Positions 26,717 to 40,749 of a stretch of DNA of 64,000 bases are shown here, one piece after another (positions within the stretch are counted from its first letter, which is position 1; each line of letters begins with the position of its first letter). Under the pieces are notes generated by a model. The model worked only from the letters and a program-made list of their open reading frames with translations, searched no databases and had not been told where the DNA came from. The translations under genes and the position numbers were made by a program. The DNA is from Eledone cirrhosa (taxonomy: Eukaryota), in the NCBI GenBank assembly GCA_964016885.1, contig OZ024746.1:22568001-22632000 (forward strand). The letters run 5' to 3'.

Positions 26717-29700
26717 AGAGCGAGAGAGATGAACTAATTTTTTATCATAAGTAATCATCATCATTATTTTGCATTCACAGTGTATTGGGTGCAATTTAAT
26801 GTGACACCAACAGTAGAGATACAAACAATGGGCTTCTGCACAGTTTCCAACTACCAAATTTCACTCAAGAAGCATTAATCAGCCTGAATCTGTAGTAAAA
26901 GACACTTGTTCAATGTGTCACCCATGGGACTAAACTTGTAATCACATGGATGCCAAGTGAACACCTTAAGCAGAAAATTGAATGGAAGTTGTATGTTGTG
27001 GGATACTATGTTAAGATGAGAACTCTGCCCCCAACAACCATCCCAGGAAAATGGATGATGAAGAAGAAGACAATGACGATATCAATGGCTGTGTTAAAAT
27101 GTTTGTAGAAATAACTTACACTTTGTTGAAGATAAAGTCTTTAAAACTAGGAATATACAGAGGATAGTCATTATCATCACCATTTTCTGTAATCTAAAAC
27201 AGAAATATGTATTATGTAAACAATAACAATGGATCTGATGTACTCTGGATTACAGCATTTAAAAAATATTTTCGTCTGTATTTGTGTAATTGTAACACAA
27301 TGTGTATTTGTCTTGTTTGTCCAGTTTTTATGGAAAACTTAATACAGGGTTGTTTCTAATATATGAATGTGTTAGATATGAGAAATTGCATAATATGTGT
27401 TATTAACCCCTTAGCATTTACACCAGCTGTATCTGGCCAGAACTCTCTCATCTCTTTCTGTTCAAACTGGCTGGAACTGGCCACTCATGCCTACATTAAA
27501 GTATTGTTCTCAAAATAAATAACATCAAAATCTTGTAGATTCGATATAACTCAACTGAGGCACATTAATACCTTTTGGCCTCTGATAAAGCTAGGCGTGA
27601 AAGTCGGATTGCCTTCCAAACACACCCTAGTCTTCCACCTGATATCAGCCCAAAGCTGCATGCTGCAGCTTCCTTAAACCACAACTCGGCAGAACATGAA
27701 AGCTTCAGCCATTGTGATGATGGGCAGATATGGAAGTTTATTAAGGCTGGTGAAACATAGAAAAGAGATACCAGCTGGTCTGAAAACACTGTACCCACAA
27801 CAACTGACAATAAAAAAACTGAAAAAACTCTAGGAAACTAAATCAGAACAACCTGCCATCCCCTGCACATAATCATAGACTGGAATCAAGGTACAAATTT
27901 TTGTCCTTAAATTCACGTAGTCTATACAATAAGATACATCTTTTTGACTCCTACGTCAAAAGTATCGACCCTGACTTCATTACAGTCACGGAAACATGGG
28001 CACATTCCTTACTCTGTGATGGGGTTTTCAGCATAACTAGCTACAACTTGTTTCATAAAGGTCAATGTTCGGTCAAATTAATGTTCGGTCAAATTTTTCA
28101 GCAATTCCTTGTGTTGATTTGAACCAATTGCAGCAAGAAGTATTTTTCTGCAATAAACATATGACCATATCAACACTACTACTTGGAGTCGTTTACCATC
28201 ACCCAAATTACCATCAGCACACTCAACTTTGTGATATCCTCAGAGCTGCTGTCAGAAAAACAGCCACTTATGTTTTTATTGCAGAGGACTTCAATCACCA
28301 AACCATTCATTGGCTGCAAAGTGCAAATGATTTCCTTGAGCTAGTGCTGAACTCGAACTGGTCCCAAGTAGTCACCTCCCCAACAAGAGGTGACAACACT
28401 TTGGATCTACTCTTCACCACTACTCCTGAAACGGTTATTAGTGTTACTACTGAGGAACCTTTAGGTGACTCTGATCATGCTATGATCATTGCCAATCTAT
28501 CCCTCATGAGCAGTAACAAAAACCACAACCATCTCCAAACTGTTCACTTTGACTGGAATAAAGCAGACTGGAACTGTTACTGCACCGAGCTGCAACGTCC
28601 AAACTGGCTTGAGTTTTACGACTCTGGAGATGTGAACACTGTACTTCAGAACATCCTGAACTCAATATGGACAGCATGTGCAGCATCGGTGCCACGTAAG
28701 CAGACAAAACATCCCAAAAGTGCAATTTGGGAGGCTGCAGCAGTCCGTCTTGCCAGGAAAGAACGTTGTAATGCTGAATGTGTGTACAAACTGCATAAAT
28801 CAGATATCAATAGGAAAAAGCTAAATAAATCATCCAACCATCTCAAGCAGATGACAAAAAAGGCAGTGCTTGAATTTGAGCAGTGCATAGCAACCAACTC
28901 TGACAATCAGGTGTTCTGGAAGTATGTTCTCTCAAAGCAGAAGCCTCACTCTTCAGTTGGTCCTCTTCGCAATCCCCACACAAGCCAGGTTACTGATGAC
29001 CCCAAGGAATGCGCAGAACTCATTGCTGAATGCTATGCAGGCATTTTCACTGTTGAAGACCAGAGTGTACCATCTCCACCATCTCTGACATCGGATTCTA
29101 TTACAACTATGGAATTTACACCTGCAATGCTGCGACGTCACCTTAAAAATAAACACAACCATGCCTCTCCTGGTCTTGATGGTGTTACGTACCTGCTTCT
29201 TAAACGTGGTGGGTACCTCCTTCTGCACCAGCTATCACGCTTCTTCCAATTCTGTCTGAACAACGGTGCTACTCCAGAACAGTGGAAAACTGCCAGTATC
29301 ATTCCTCTGTTCAAAAAGGGTGACCGCACATCACCTATGTACTATCGTCCAGTCAGTCTTACTAGCTGCATTGTCAAACTGATGGAATCCTGTGTCAGAG
29401 AAATAAGTTGGAACTTCTGGAACTCTCACAGTCTTATCCGGCTCTCGCAATTTGGATTTATCCCTAACTCCAGCTGCTGTGATCAACTTATAGAGTTTCT
29501 TGAAGACATCACCCGGATCACTGATGGCGGCTCATGGGTGGATGTTGTTTACCTTGACTTTGCTAAAGCTTTCAATTCTGTGCCACACAAAAGACTTATG
29601 GCAAAACTCTCTGCAATGGGTGTGAAGGATGATCTTTTTAACTCATTGAAGTCCTTCATTCTCAGTCGAAGAGAAGTAGTCACGGTTCTATGACAGCATT

Positions 29701-31038
29701 TCTCACTGTATGAGATGTCATCTGGTGTACCACAGGGATCTGTTCTTGGCCCCCTTTTGTTTGTGGCATATATTAATGACATAGATGCCAACTTAAAGAA
29801 TGCCACAGTACTGAAATATGTAGATGACATCAAGCTGTACCTTGAGATAAAAAGGACAGATCCTGAACACTATAGATCTTGCCTGCAATCTGACCTGGAC
29901 ACAATGCAACAATGGATCACAGACTGGCAACTCAAGCTGCTCGAGCTGGCTGTGGACAAGTGTACCACCATGCATTTTGGAAGTAAAAACCCAGCGTCCA
30001 CATACTCCCTCCACAACACTAATATCAAGAAGTCTTCTTGTGAACGTGACCTGGGCATTACTGTCAGCAGCAATTTGCGTTCGACAAAGCACGTCTCTAA
30101 AATTGTCAGCAATACCTTTGTCAGCTGCTCTCCAGATATCTATTTAAAGCTGTATATAGCTATGGTGCCACCACACTTAGAATTTGCATCACCAGTCTGG
30201 AACATTGACCACCTGGAAACTGTTCAGAGACGTGTAACCAAGCGAATACCCTCCATCAGGCATCTACCATACTTTGAACCCCTTGCTTCCCTGGATATGG
30301 ATACATTGAAGCTCCGACGTCTGGCAACTAACTTGGTAAACACCCACAAAATTATTAACCATCTTGCCAATAACAACCCTGAGTACCTTTTTGATTTCCA
30401 TGTGTCTAACACATGTGGGCATGCCAACAAAGTCAGAAAACAGCACAGCTCCCATGACTTTCAGAAACATTTTTTCATGCTCACCGTTGCTGAAGCATGG
30501 AACAAACTCCCTGCGTCAGTTATTAGCTGTCGAGACACTGCATCCTTTAAAACCTCCATGCTTCCTGAGATTCGCCAACACTACACCTAATATTCCTCCT
30601 CCATACACATGCACACATGTATATCATGACTCATACACTATTCACTTCCCTGATATTTGTATATTATTCTATGTACTATACATACACCTTTGATGAGTTG
30701 TAGTGCACCTGAGCACTCTACACAATAATTTCATTATTATTATTATTATTGTTGTTATTACTCTTTGAGTCGTAGTCATTGATGTTAGTTAACTGGAAAG
30801 TTTGTTGAAATGAATATCCAGCCACTACCTGCAGCCTCAGATATTCAGGATGTATCGGAGGGTTCTTGCTGTTCCCAACAAGCATGCCTTTTGAAGCGTT
30901 CCAAAAAGCGTGAAGGGGCCAATTTTCTTTAACCATCCCTGGAAACTTTTTGAGATAGTCCCTAGTGCGCCTATGACAATCGGGATCACTTTGACTTCAT
31001 GGCAGTTCCAAATCCTTTTTACCTCCCACTTTAAGTCC

Positions 31039-31075
<37 letters not shown>

Positions 31076-34000
31076 GTGAGATAATTATGTAAGATAAAGC
31101 ATTTAATGTGAAAATGCAATAGTAAATATAGAATAATGTAAATGTAAAAGGGTTAAGCAAGAAATCAAATTGTGTGTGTTTGACTGTATATCTGTCCATC
31201 TGACTGTCTAAGAATGTCCTTTGTCACAGGTACTAACTGGAAGTGAATATATTTGCTAGCATGATATAAATTAATGAAGAAACACAGTTGTGAAAGACAT
31301 CTTATGTTACCAATGTTCTGTTTTCTTTCTATAATTCTTGTTATATATTTTAATGGTGATATAGCTACAGAAACCATGCTAAAATTGAAATGTGTACAAG
31401 CAAGACATAGCCTCTAGCCAGTTTAGGTGGATAGTAGCTCTGTCTAAATACTCACTTGGTCTGTGACAACTCATCCAAACCATGCTATCATGAAAAAACA
31501 AATGGACACTAAATTGTGATGAAGATGTTGGTGATGATGATTATGATTTCTATTTTTCCATGCTGACACTGACAGGTTTGATATGGCTGCAAATATCAAT
31601 ATTTGTGTGTGTTTGTATGTATATATTTTAGATCAATCATATTTGGTCCAATTGCTCTTCAGAGCAATAACTATAACAAGTATGAACAAGTAATGGTTTC
31701 TTATTTAGGCACAAAGCCAACAATTTTGCGGGAGGAGAAAGTCAATTAAATCAACCTCAGTGCAAAACTGGTATTTTATTTTATTAACCCAATAAGGATG
31801 AAAGGCAAAGTTAACCTCAGCAATATTTGAACTCAACATAAAGGGACATAAGAAATATTGGTTTCTGATTTATGTACAAATCCAAAAATTTTCAAGGAAG
31901 GGAAAATCAATTAAATCAAACCCAATGTATTATAAGTGCTTTATTTTGCAAGGATGAAAGGCAAAGTTAATCTCAGCAAGATTTGAACTCTAATAGTAAT
32001 AATAATTTACCTGTTAAGGCCCTAAGCCTTATGAAATTTTAGGCCCTTCTCTAAAATATTATAATTGTTATTTTTTATATTAATGTTAGTGATAAAGAAT
32101 AAATTATATATATATATATATATACGATTATTGATGGATTAGTGTTCACAAATAAAAACTAATGATAAAATAAAAATATATTTTTCAAAATGAGACCCCC
32201 TTCCTCCCGAGGGTGAGTGACCCTAAGTTATATCTTATTTAGCTTATAGGTAAGTTCAGCACTGAACTTACTGCTCAACGTATGATTTAAAACTTTTGAA
32301 ACCAACCCTGCCAAAACCAGCTCTAGTTCTATGAAACAAAACCACTCACTTTAAAGGGTTCATATTTAAGTGAAAATCTTCAAACATTATTTTGTATAAG
32401 AGCCATATGTTAAGTTTACTTTCTCAGTATAATGAAATAATTAATGGTATTAGTAAATCCCTAAAAAATCTCCAGCAATTAATTGAAATACAGTGTATTT
32501 CATTAGAAATATGGCCATGAAAGTGTTAAACCTCACATTTTATACCTGAAATATAAAACAACTCCCTATTTTCTTTCAGGGGTTTGATATTTTAGGATTA
32601 TAAGTTCATCTTAAATACTGACATATAGAGTATATATTTTATTGACCTTAGAAGGAAGAAAATCAAATTCTTTGGTGGTATTTGAATTAAGAACACATAA
32701 AGGGCTGTAACTAAATATAGCAAGATATTTTGGTCGAGACTCTCACAATTCTGATATGTAATTTATTGATATTGATTATACAAGATTATATCTGAAGAGA
32801 AAAATCAATATTTCAGTAGATGTATGTAAGATCACCCCAATGGATAATGACATGATGCAGCTAAATAAAAAAAGAAAGCTTTTCTAGGATGTATAATAGT
32901 AGTTAAGGTTAGTGAGTGGACATGATGATAATAGGGAAATGTGGTGAAGGATGCTTGTCATGGGACCTGCAAAACTAACCTCTGCTTTAGCAGAGAAGAC
33001 GACCTTAAAATGCTTGTTTTATTGTTGTTGTGTAATTGTAGTTAGAGTGTTAGGCTTATGATCATAATGTCATGAGTTCTATTCCTGGGCTAGGAGGTGC
33101 ATTGTGTTTTTGAGCAAAACACTTCATTACACGTTGCTCCAATCAACTTAGTTGAAAATAAATACCAGCAACAGTAGCAGGGTTTTAACCCTAAGATGGA
33201 CTGGTGTCCTGTAGAAGGAGAGTCTTAAACTATCAGATGTTTAACACCAATGAAAACAGGATAAGTTCTGGCCTAATGAGCCTCAGGGCTTAGGACAGGC
33301 TTTAACCTATTTTTTTTAATAAATGTGATGGGAATCAGCCAAGCATAAGCAGATGAGAGATTTCATAGTCAATCCTGGTAGCATAGGAAATCTAAAATTT
33401 TGCTTCAATTCTCTAGAAATATTTGAACAGTAATTATTATTACATTTCTATTTAGGGCAATGGGTTGGCAGTATTGGTAGAGTACTGGACTAAAGCTTAG
33501 CAGTATTTGTTCTGGTTCTTTACTTTCTAGGTTCAAATCTTACCAAAGTTAACTTTGCCTTTCATCCTTCTGAGGTCAATAAAATAAAGTAACAGTCAAG
33601 TACTGAGTTTGATATAATTGGCATTCCCTTCCCTCCAAATTATTGTCTAACTAAAAGTATTATAATATTGCTTTGTGTTTAATTAAGAATATTATAAGAT
33701 TGTTTAGAGTCTAATTAAGAATATTATAACATTGTTTTGTGTCTAATTAATAATTGTTTCTACTTTTGGCACAAGGCCAGCAATTACCCCAGTGCATTAC
33801 TGGTATTTTATTTTATCTCCCTCGTAAGGATGAAAGGCAAAGTTAACCTCAGTGGAATTTGAACTCGGAACGTAAAGGGCCATAACTCTATGCTGCAAAG
33901 CATGGTGTCTGACGCTCTACCGATTCTGCCAATCCACCATGTCTAATGTTGATACTTCAGTCTAATTATTGAATGAATGTATAGAATCAGATTGGAAGAT

Positions 34001-37000
34001 GATATATTTTACCAAAATAAAAATGAGTTTGTTTTACAACTGTTGTTTTTTAATTTTTACCTTTTCTGATTTAAGTGCCTTCTTCTTCATTTCTTCTCTT
34101 CTATGTTGAGCAAGAAGTATAGCTTTCTGGCGTTCCTTCTCTTTCAGTTTACGTTCTTCTTCCAATGCTTGCTTTCTTTCCAACTCATTTTGGTTCCCAG
34201 AACCATCTTTGAGGAATGTCTGATATTTGTTACTGTCAATTTGAGAAGCATTTCTAAAAATAGATTAGTTTATACACACACACACACACACACACATACA
34301 TATGTACATGCGCACGCACACACACACACAGATACACATACACACACACACACACAGAGAGAAAGAGGCAGAGTGATTATTCTACTCTACTACATAATAT
34401 AGAGTATTTTTTCACTGCTTTGCTCCAAGATGAACCCATAATTACATATACATCTGTGTGTGTGTGTGTGTGTGTGTGTGCACACACGTGTATATGTGTG
34501 TGTGTTTGTGGGAGTGTATTTAGCAAAAGTTTTAGTTGATTTGATTTATTCAATCGTCCATGTGACCATTAGTTGTTGAGATGTGCAAGTGGTCCAACAA
34601 TTATAATATTCAGAACAAATTTAAAATGTTTAATTCAACATAGTATAGCTAATATGAAGCACTATGAGATATGTAATAAATGACTGATAAGTTTCAGAAA
34701 GCCAGTACAATGTGGTAGAAATACCGTTTTCATTTTTACATTTGAAAAGAGGGTTATATCCCTGAAATATTATGTTGAAATATATTGGGTAAAAACATTG
34801 TTTTATTAGTGACCCCTTTGCCCTTTATATATTTCTACCACATTGTACTGGTTTTCTGAAACTCATCAGTAATTTATTTTCATCTAACATTTTTGACACT
34901 CACATTCCATTCCAGAATGTTGGATGTTTGATGATAAGTTTACCATCTTTCAGTGATACTTGAATACTATCATCTGTTTTGGAAAGCTGTGATCTAACAT
35001 GGCACCTTAAAAGAAAAAAAATAGGTTATTGTACAGGATTATAGTATACTATATTTTGTCAAATAAAGGTTTCTGATTTAGGTACAAGGCCAACAATTTT
35101 AGGTAAAGGGAAAGTCGATTAAATCAACCCCAGTACATTACTGGTACTTTGTTTTATCAACTCCGTAAGGATGAAAGGCAAAGCTAACATCGATGTTGCC
35201 TTTTGTCAAATAATAAAATGCACCCAATACACTCTGTACACAATGTAAAATAGCTGACGATCAAACAGTGACAATGTAGGGTAGAGAGGCCTTTTTAGTT
35301 ATATTCAGGACATAAAAATCTCTCTTGTGGTAGTGCTGCAATAAAATGCAACCACTACACTCTGTAAAATGACATACTTGAATTGAGACAAAGAAGAGAG
35401 AACCCTTTAGACATTCTGCGAGTATGGCAACCTCTTCTGTGCTGATGCCAAAATAAAAAGCACCCAGTAAATTCTGTAAAGTGGTTGGTGTTAGAAAAGA
35501 CATCTAGCCATGCCAACATTTAAAATACACAAACATTATATGGTCTCCTGACCTGTCTAGGAGAGCAGTAACTCCAAATAAGAAGTGATTCACACTATGA
35601 TGACCATGCCAGTATGGACAGTAAACAAAGATGATGTTTGTTTATTTTGTATATTTATATATACAATTTCATCAGACAGTATCATCATTGTTTTAGTGTC
35701 TTCTTTCCCTTCTAGTGAGGGTTGGACGGGTCTACATAGACCAAGTTTGTACTGAAGCAGGGTTGCTGATCTCCCAGACAGGCCAGGGATATGCATCTCA
35801 CTTATGTATGGTCAACACTCCATCAAGTGCACAAGAGATGCCATGTCTTTGACACAACTCAGGGTCCTCCCAACCCTTTATTTGGCAAGCTTTCTGTGGC
35901 CATGCTGTGGCACTGTCAAGAGGGGATTTAGTAAATGATATCATCATCATCATCGTCATCATTTTAATATTCACCTTCCCTGCTATCAAGGGTTGGATGG
36001 GTCTACATAGACCAAGTCAGTACGGAAGTGTGGTTACTGATTTCCCAGAAAGGCCAGGGATCTATTGTCTCACTTATGTATGGTCTCACATTTCACATGA
36101 GAGTTGTCATGCCTTTGATACAACTGCCTTTGATACAACTGGCAAGCTTTCTACAATTGGATGCCCCTCCCAACACCAACCACTTGACAGCATGTACTGG
36201 GTGCATTTATCTATGTAAAAATTGAATATATTGATAAAATGTCTCACTCAAAATATCTCTTCAAATCTTCCTCAAGATATTCTATCCAAACTGTTTCCAG
36301 TTTTTTCACCACAAATTCTTTAATGGAGTTAAAAATCTCAGCAGATATATAACCCTGGGTGTTCTGCAGTGCTGTAAAAATATCTTCTTTTTCTTCCTTA
36401 CATAAGTCTGAAATGAAAATCAGAATTAATTTTCAATTTTATAAAGGATTATTGAGAAGTTTGGTCTTATAACATTTCAACTTAATAATGGTTTCTGATT
36501 TAGGTACAAGGCCAGTAATTTTCTGTGAAGGGAAAGTCAATTAAATCAACCCCAAGGCATTACAACTGCTTTATTTTATTGACCCCATAAGGATGAATGG
36601 AAAAGCTAATCTCAGCAGGATTTAAACTCAGAATGTAAATTCAGATGTTGTCTGATGCTATACCGATACTATCAATCAACCACCCTAAATTTCAAGTTAA
36701 TAATTGTTTCTACTTTTGGCACAAGGCCAGCAATTACCCCAGTACATTACTGGTGCTTTATTTCATCGACCTCGTAAGGATGAAAGACAAAGCTAAACTT
36801 GGCAGGATTTGAACACATAACGTAAAGGGCCATAACTCTATGTTGCAAAGCATGTCTGATGCTCTACCAATACTGAAGTCAATAATAAATGACAAACATT
36901 TAACTACTGAAACCTAATACTATCTACCATGTAAGAATGAGATTTCAATCTAAGAAAATATTTTAATTTGTACACTTTAAAAGAGCCTGTTTTAGTGAGG

Positions 37001-40000
37001 CTGGTATTTAAAAGGAATAAAACCACCACCTAGTCCTTGGATACATTTAGTAAGTCTAGGATGTTACAAGCATTCAAACCAATTTAAGAATACTTTCCTC
37101 CCTCCTCTTATCATTCTTGGAGGCCCTGAAAATGGCCATTGGTACTGCCCTTCTCTCCCATACTAAACAGTACAAAAATGCAGCTTATATAGTCTTAAGC
37201 AGTTATATCTGAGTGGAACTATTTTTACATTTTTACATCCTAATCAGTCATGCAATAGTGCAAGTTTATTTTAAGAATCACAGACAATCAACTATGGTTC
37301 TTTTTGCTGAACATAAAGAATTGATTCATGATTTATTTTAACGATGATGGTAGTGGTGGTGATAATGATAATGGTGATGATGATGATGATGATGATAAGC
37401 TGAAAATGTTTTTAACCTTTTCATTACTATATTTCTAATGAATAGAGCATTGAACAGAACGTTTTGTGCCATTTGTTTCAGTTATATACATTCTGGATTC
37501 AAATCCAACTAAAGTCCACTTTGTCTTTCATCCTTCTGGAGGTAGATCAAATAGAGTACCAGTCAAGTACTGGGTCCCAAATTGCTGGCCTTGTTTCAAA
37601 TTTTAAAAAGAATTACTATATCTCTAATGAAAGATACTGCTCAGGATTTTCAAATAATTATGAAAAGAATCAAGAATTTTGAGGGATTTAGTAATATAAC
37701 TAACTTTCTCATTATTAACAAAAGTTCTTACATAAAATTATGATGGAAGGTTTTTAGATAAATATAAACAACTTCGCTAGTGCTGGTGCCAGAATAAAAT
37801 GAACCCAGTAGACTCTGTAAACTGGTTGATGTTAGAAAGGTCATCAGTTATAGAAAACCTGCCAAACATAGTGTTGAGAAAAGTCTTCAGTTGTGTTAAA
37901 GGAATGGCAACCTCCTTAGTGCTGGTGTCACAATAAATGTATCTGGTATACTCGGTAAAGTGTAGGACTGTATGGAAGAAAGATGCTGCCTCCAGCCAGA
38001 CTGTGATGGAAGGTTTTTAGATAAATATAAACATTTTGAAACAAACAGCTTGGTATTGTTGAATCAGGAGTAAAAGATGAGTGAGATGATAATGTATTCC
38101 ATACCAAAACTATTACTGTTTCCATCTGCAATAAAGTTGTGGTAGATGTCCCATGCATGTTGATGACAAAGATGTCGGTCTACTGATTCACTCATTTGGG
38201 AGCCATATTGGGTAACAGCTTGCCAGAAATGAAGACACTTTAACGAATCTTCATCATCTTTCCTAATTTGATAAAGAAAAAAAATTAATAAAAAGAAATA
38301 TAAAGAAATATAATTAATGAAATATAAAGAAATATAAAACATGGTCATACATAAGCGAAATGCTGAGCCTCCGGCCTGTCTGGGATATCTGTAGCTCTGC
38401 TTCAGTACTGACTTGGTCTATGTAAACCCATCCAACACTCGCTAGCAGGGAAAGTGGATATTAAATGATGATGATGATTAAAGAATATATATCATCATCA
38501 TTGCCATTCTGAGTTCAAATCCCGCTGAGGTTAACTTTGCCTTTCATCCTTACGGGGTCGATAAAATAAAGTACCAGTAATGCACTGGGATAATTGCTGG
38601 CCTTGTGCCAAAAGTAGAAACAATTATGATAGTATGTGTTCACTTACTATGCTGGAATGTGTTAGATGGGTTGTCACAGTCCAAGACGTGACTGACTGGA
38701 GGACCAGTTTCATATCTTAGATTGATTTCTACAGCTTGATGCCCATCTTAATGTCACACACACACATACACCAACATACACACACATACACACATATACA
38801 CACCAATGCTATCAGAGAAAGTAAAGGATGATGATGATGGCGATGAAGACGACAACATCGATGATGATGACACACATTTGAACTCAGAATGCGAAAAGCT
38901 GGAAGAAATACAAGACATCTCATCCAACTCTGCTAGTGTCCCATCCTAGATGGGTGTTTTATTTATGAACCGCAGAAAGATGAAACACAAAGCTGGCAGG
39001 ATTTCTACAGCTCGATGCCCTTTCTAACACCAACCACTTTGCTGGGTGTTTGGGGTGCATTTTGTTGTGGTACCAGCAATAGGGAGGTTATTTACATTTA
39101 TCTCAAAACCTTCAATCATAATTTTATGTAAGAGCCTTTGTTAATAACTTCTGATTTATGCACAAAGCCAACAATTTTGTGGGGAGGAGAAAGGCGATTA
39201 AATCAAACCCAGTGCATGACTGGTACTTTATTTTATCAACCCTGTAATGATGAACGGCAAAGCTAACCTTGACAGGATTTGAACTCAGACCATATGCCAC
39301 GAAGCATGTTGTCTGATGCTCTACCAATACTGACATTCCACCACCCTTTGTTAAAAATGAGAAAGTTAGTTGTATTACTAAAACCCTTGAAGAGACTTAG
39401 ACAAGAGCAAGTGGAGTGGCAGCAAGTGAAATAAATACCAAAAGGTATTTTATAGAACACTCTAATAATCTTCACAATTCACTCACCATAGTGATACCAT
39501 GTTTTCTTATTTAACTGATCTGATCAGTGATACTAATCTAATCAGTAGTAAAGCTGTAACTAATGCCAATATATTACTCGTGGTGCAGGAAGTAAGGTGA
39601 GAGTGGGGAGAAATTGTTGTCTTGATTGGCAACAGAAAAATTCTTTCTCACAATAAAAGATATGATAATAATCATCCCTGGATTAAACATTAAAATAAAA
39701 TGACATGTTTAAGGCCTCAAGCAAAGAAGAGCTCCATAGAGATTTTTGTTATTTGGACACCAGATGTTTCCACTGTTATGACTTCAATAATAAACCAACC
39801 AGTAGTCACAGATTAATTGTTAGTTTTGACAAGGTACATGGCACATGGCACAAAACTAATGGCACTATATTTTTTCAGTGGGTAACAGAAATCAAAATGA
39901 TGATGATGATGATGTATTTTGTTTGATTGAATTTATAAAATACTCACATATTCAGATAAAACTCAAATGGTCCACCATATCTCTTGTCATTGGTCAAAGC

Positions 40001-40718
40001 AACAAGAAATACATTGTTTCCATCTCTGAAATATATGGAAAAAATATTGAAAATATCAGAAACAAACATGTTTGTTGAGCTCAGCTGTTGTGCGGGTTGG
40101 TGCCTAGACAGAATGATCCCTTTTCCTGTTTGAGGTAGTAGACCCCTTATCTAGGATGCCACATGTGGTACATTCTCTGGTTCTAACCTCATTGTCCTGA
40201 CCACAAATCTGGGCATCACTACACAGAGGAGCGAAAGATAACCAAATACCAGGCTTTATATATGCGGGTCAGCTGAAAAGTTCATAGGCTGACTATGAAG
40301 GAGTTTTACTAGAGCTGTGAAATCTTGCATGCATTCATTCTAATTTTTCTTATTAATAACTGCATTGTTTCTTCCCAGGGACTATTTTGAAAAATAAACC
40401 TCATTTGGTTATTCCATGAGAGTATCTTGGTCAGCCTATGAACTTTTCACCTGACCCTCATACATAACTAATATGAGCTGTACTACCTAACTAATTTATA
40501 TATATATATATATTTTTTTTTATTTTAATGCTTTATTGTATATATTTGTAAATATGTAAAGAGGTTGGAGATAGGAAGGATATCAAGCCATAGAAAACAT
40601 GCCAAATATGTCAGGAGGAATCTTCAATTAAATTGTCCCCAGTGCATTACAGGTACTTTATTTTATCGATCCCATAAGGATGAAAGGCAAAGCTAACCTC
40701 AGCAAGATTTGAACTCTA

Positions 40719-40749
<31 letters not shown>

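Noticed and set aside
31311-31364. Exon-like segment in intron 16
   Set aside because: Stop codon in the required phase-0 frame
39487-39540. Exon-like segment with G|gtgagt donor on minus strand
   Set aside because: Exons 12 and 13 already join in frame; the required phase hits a stop
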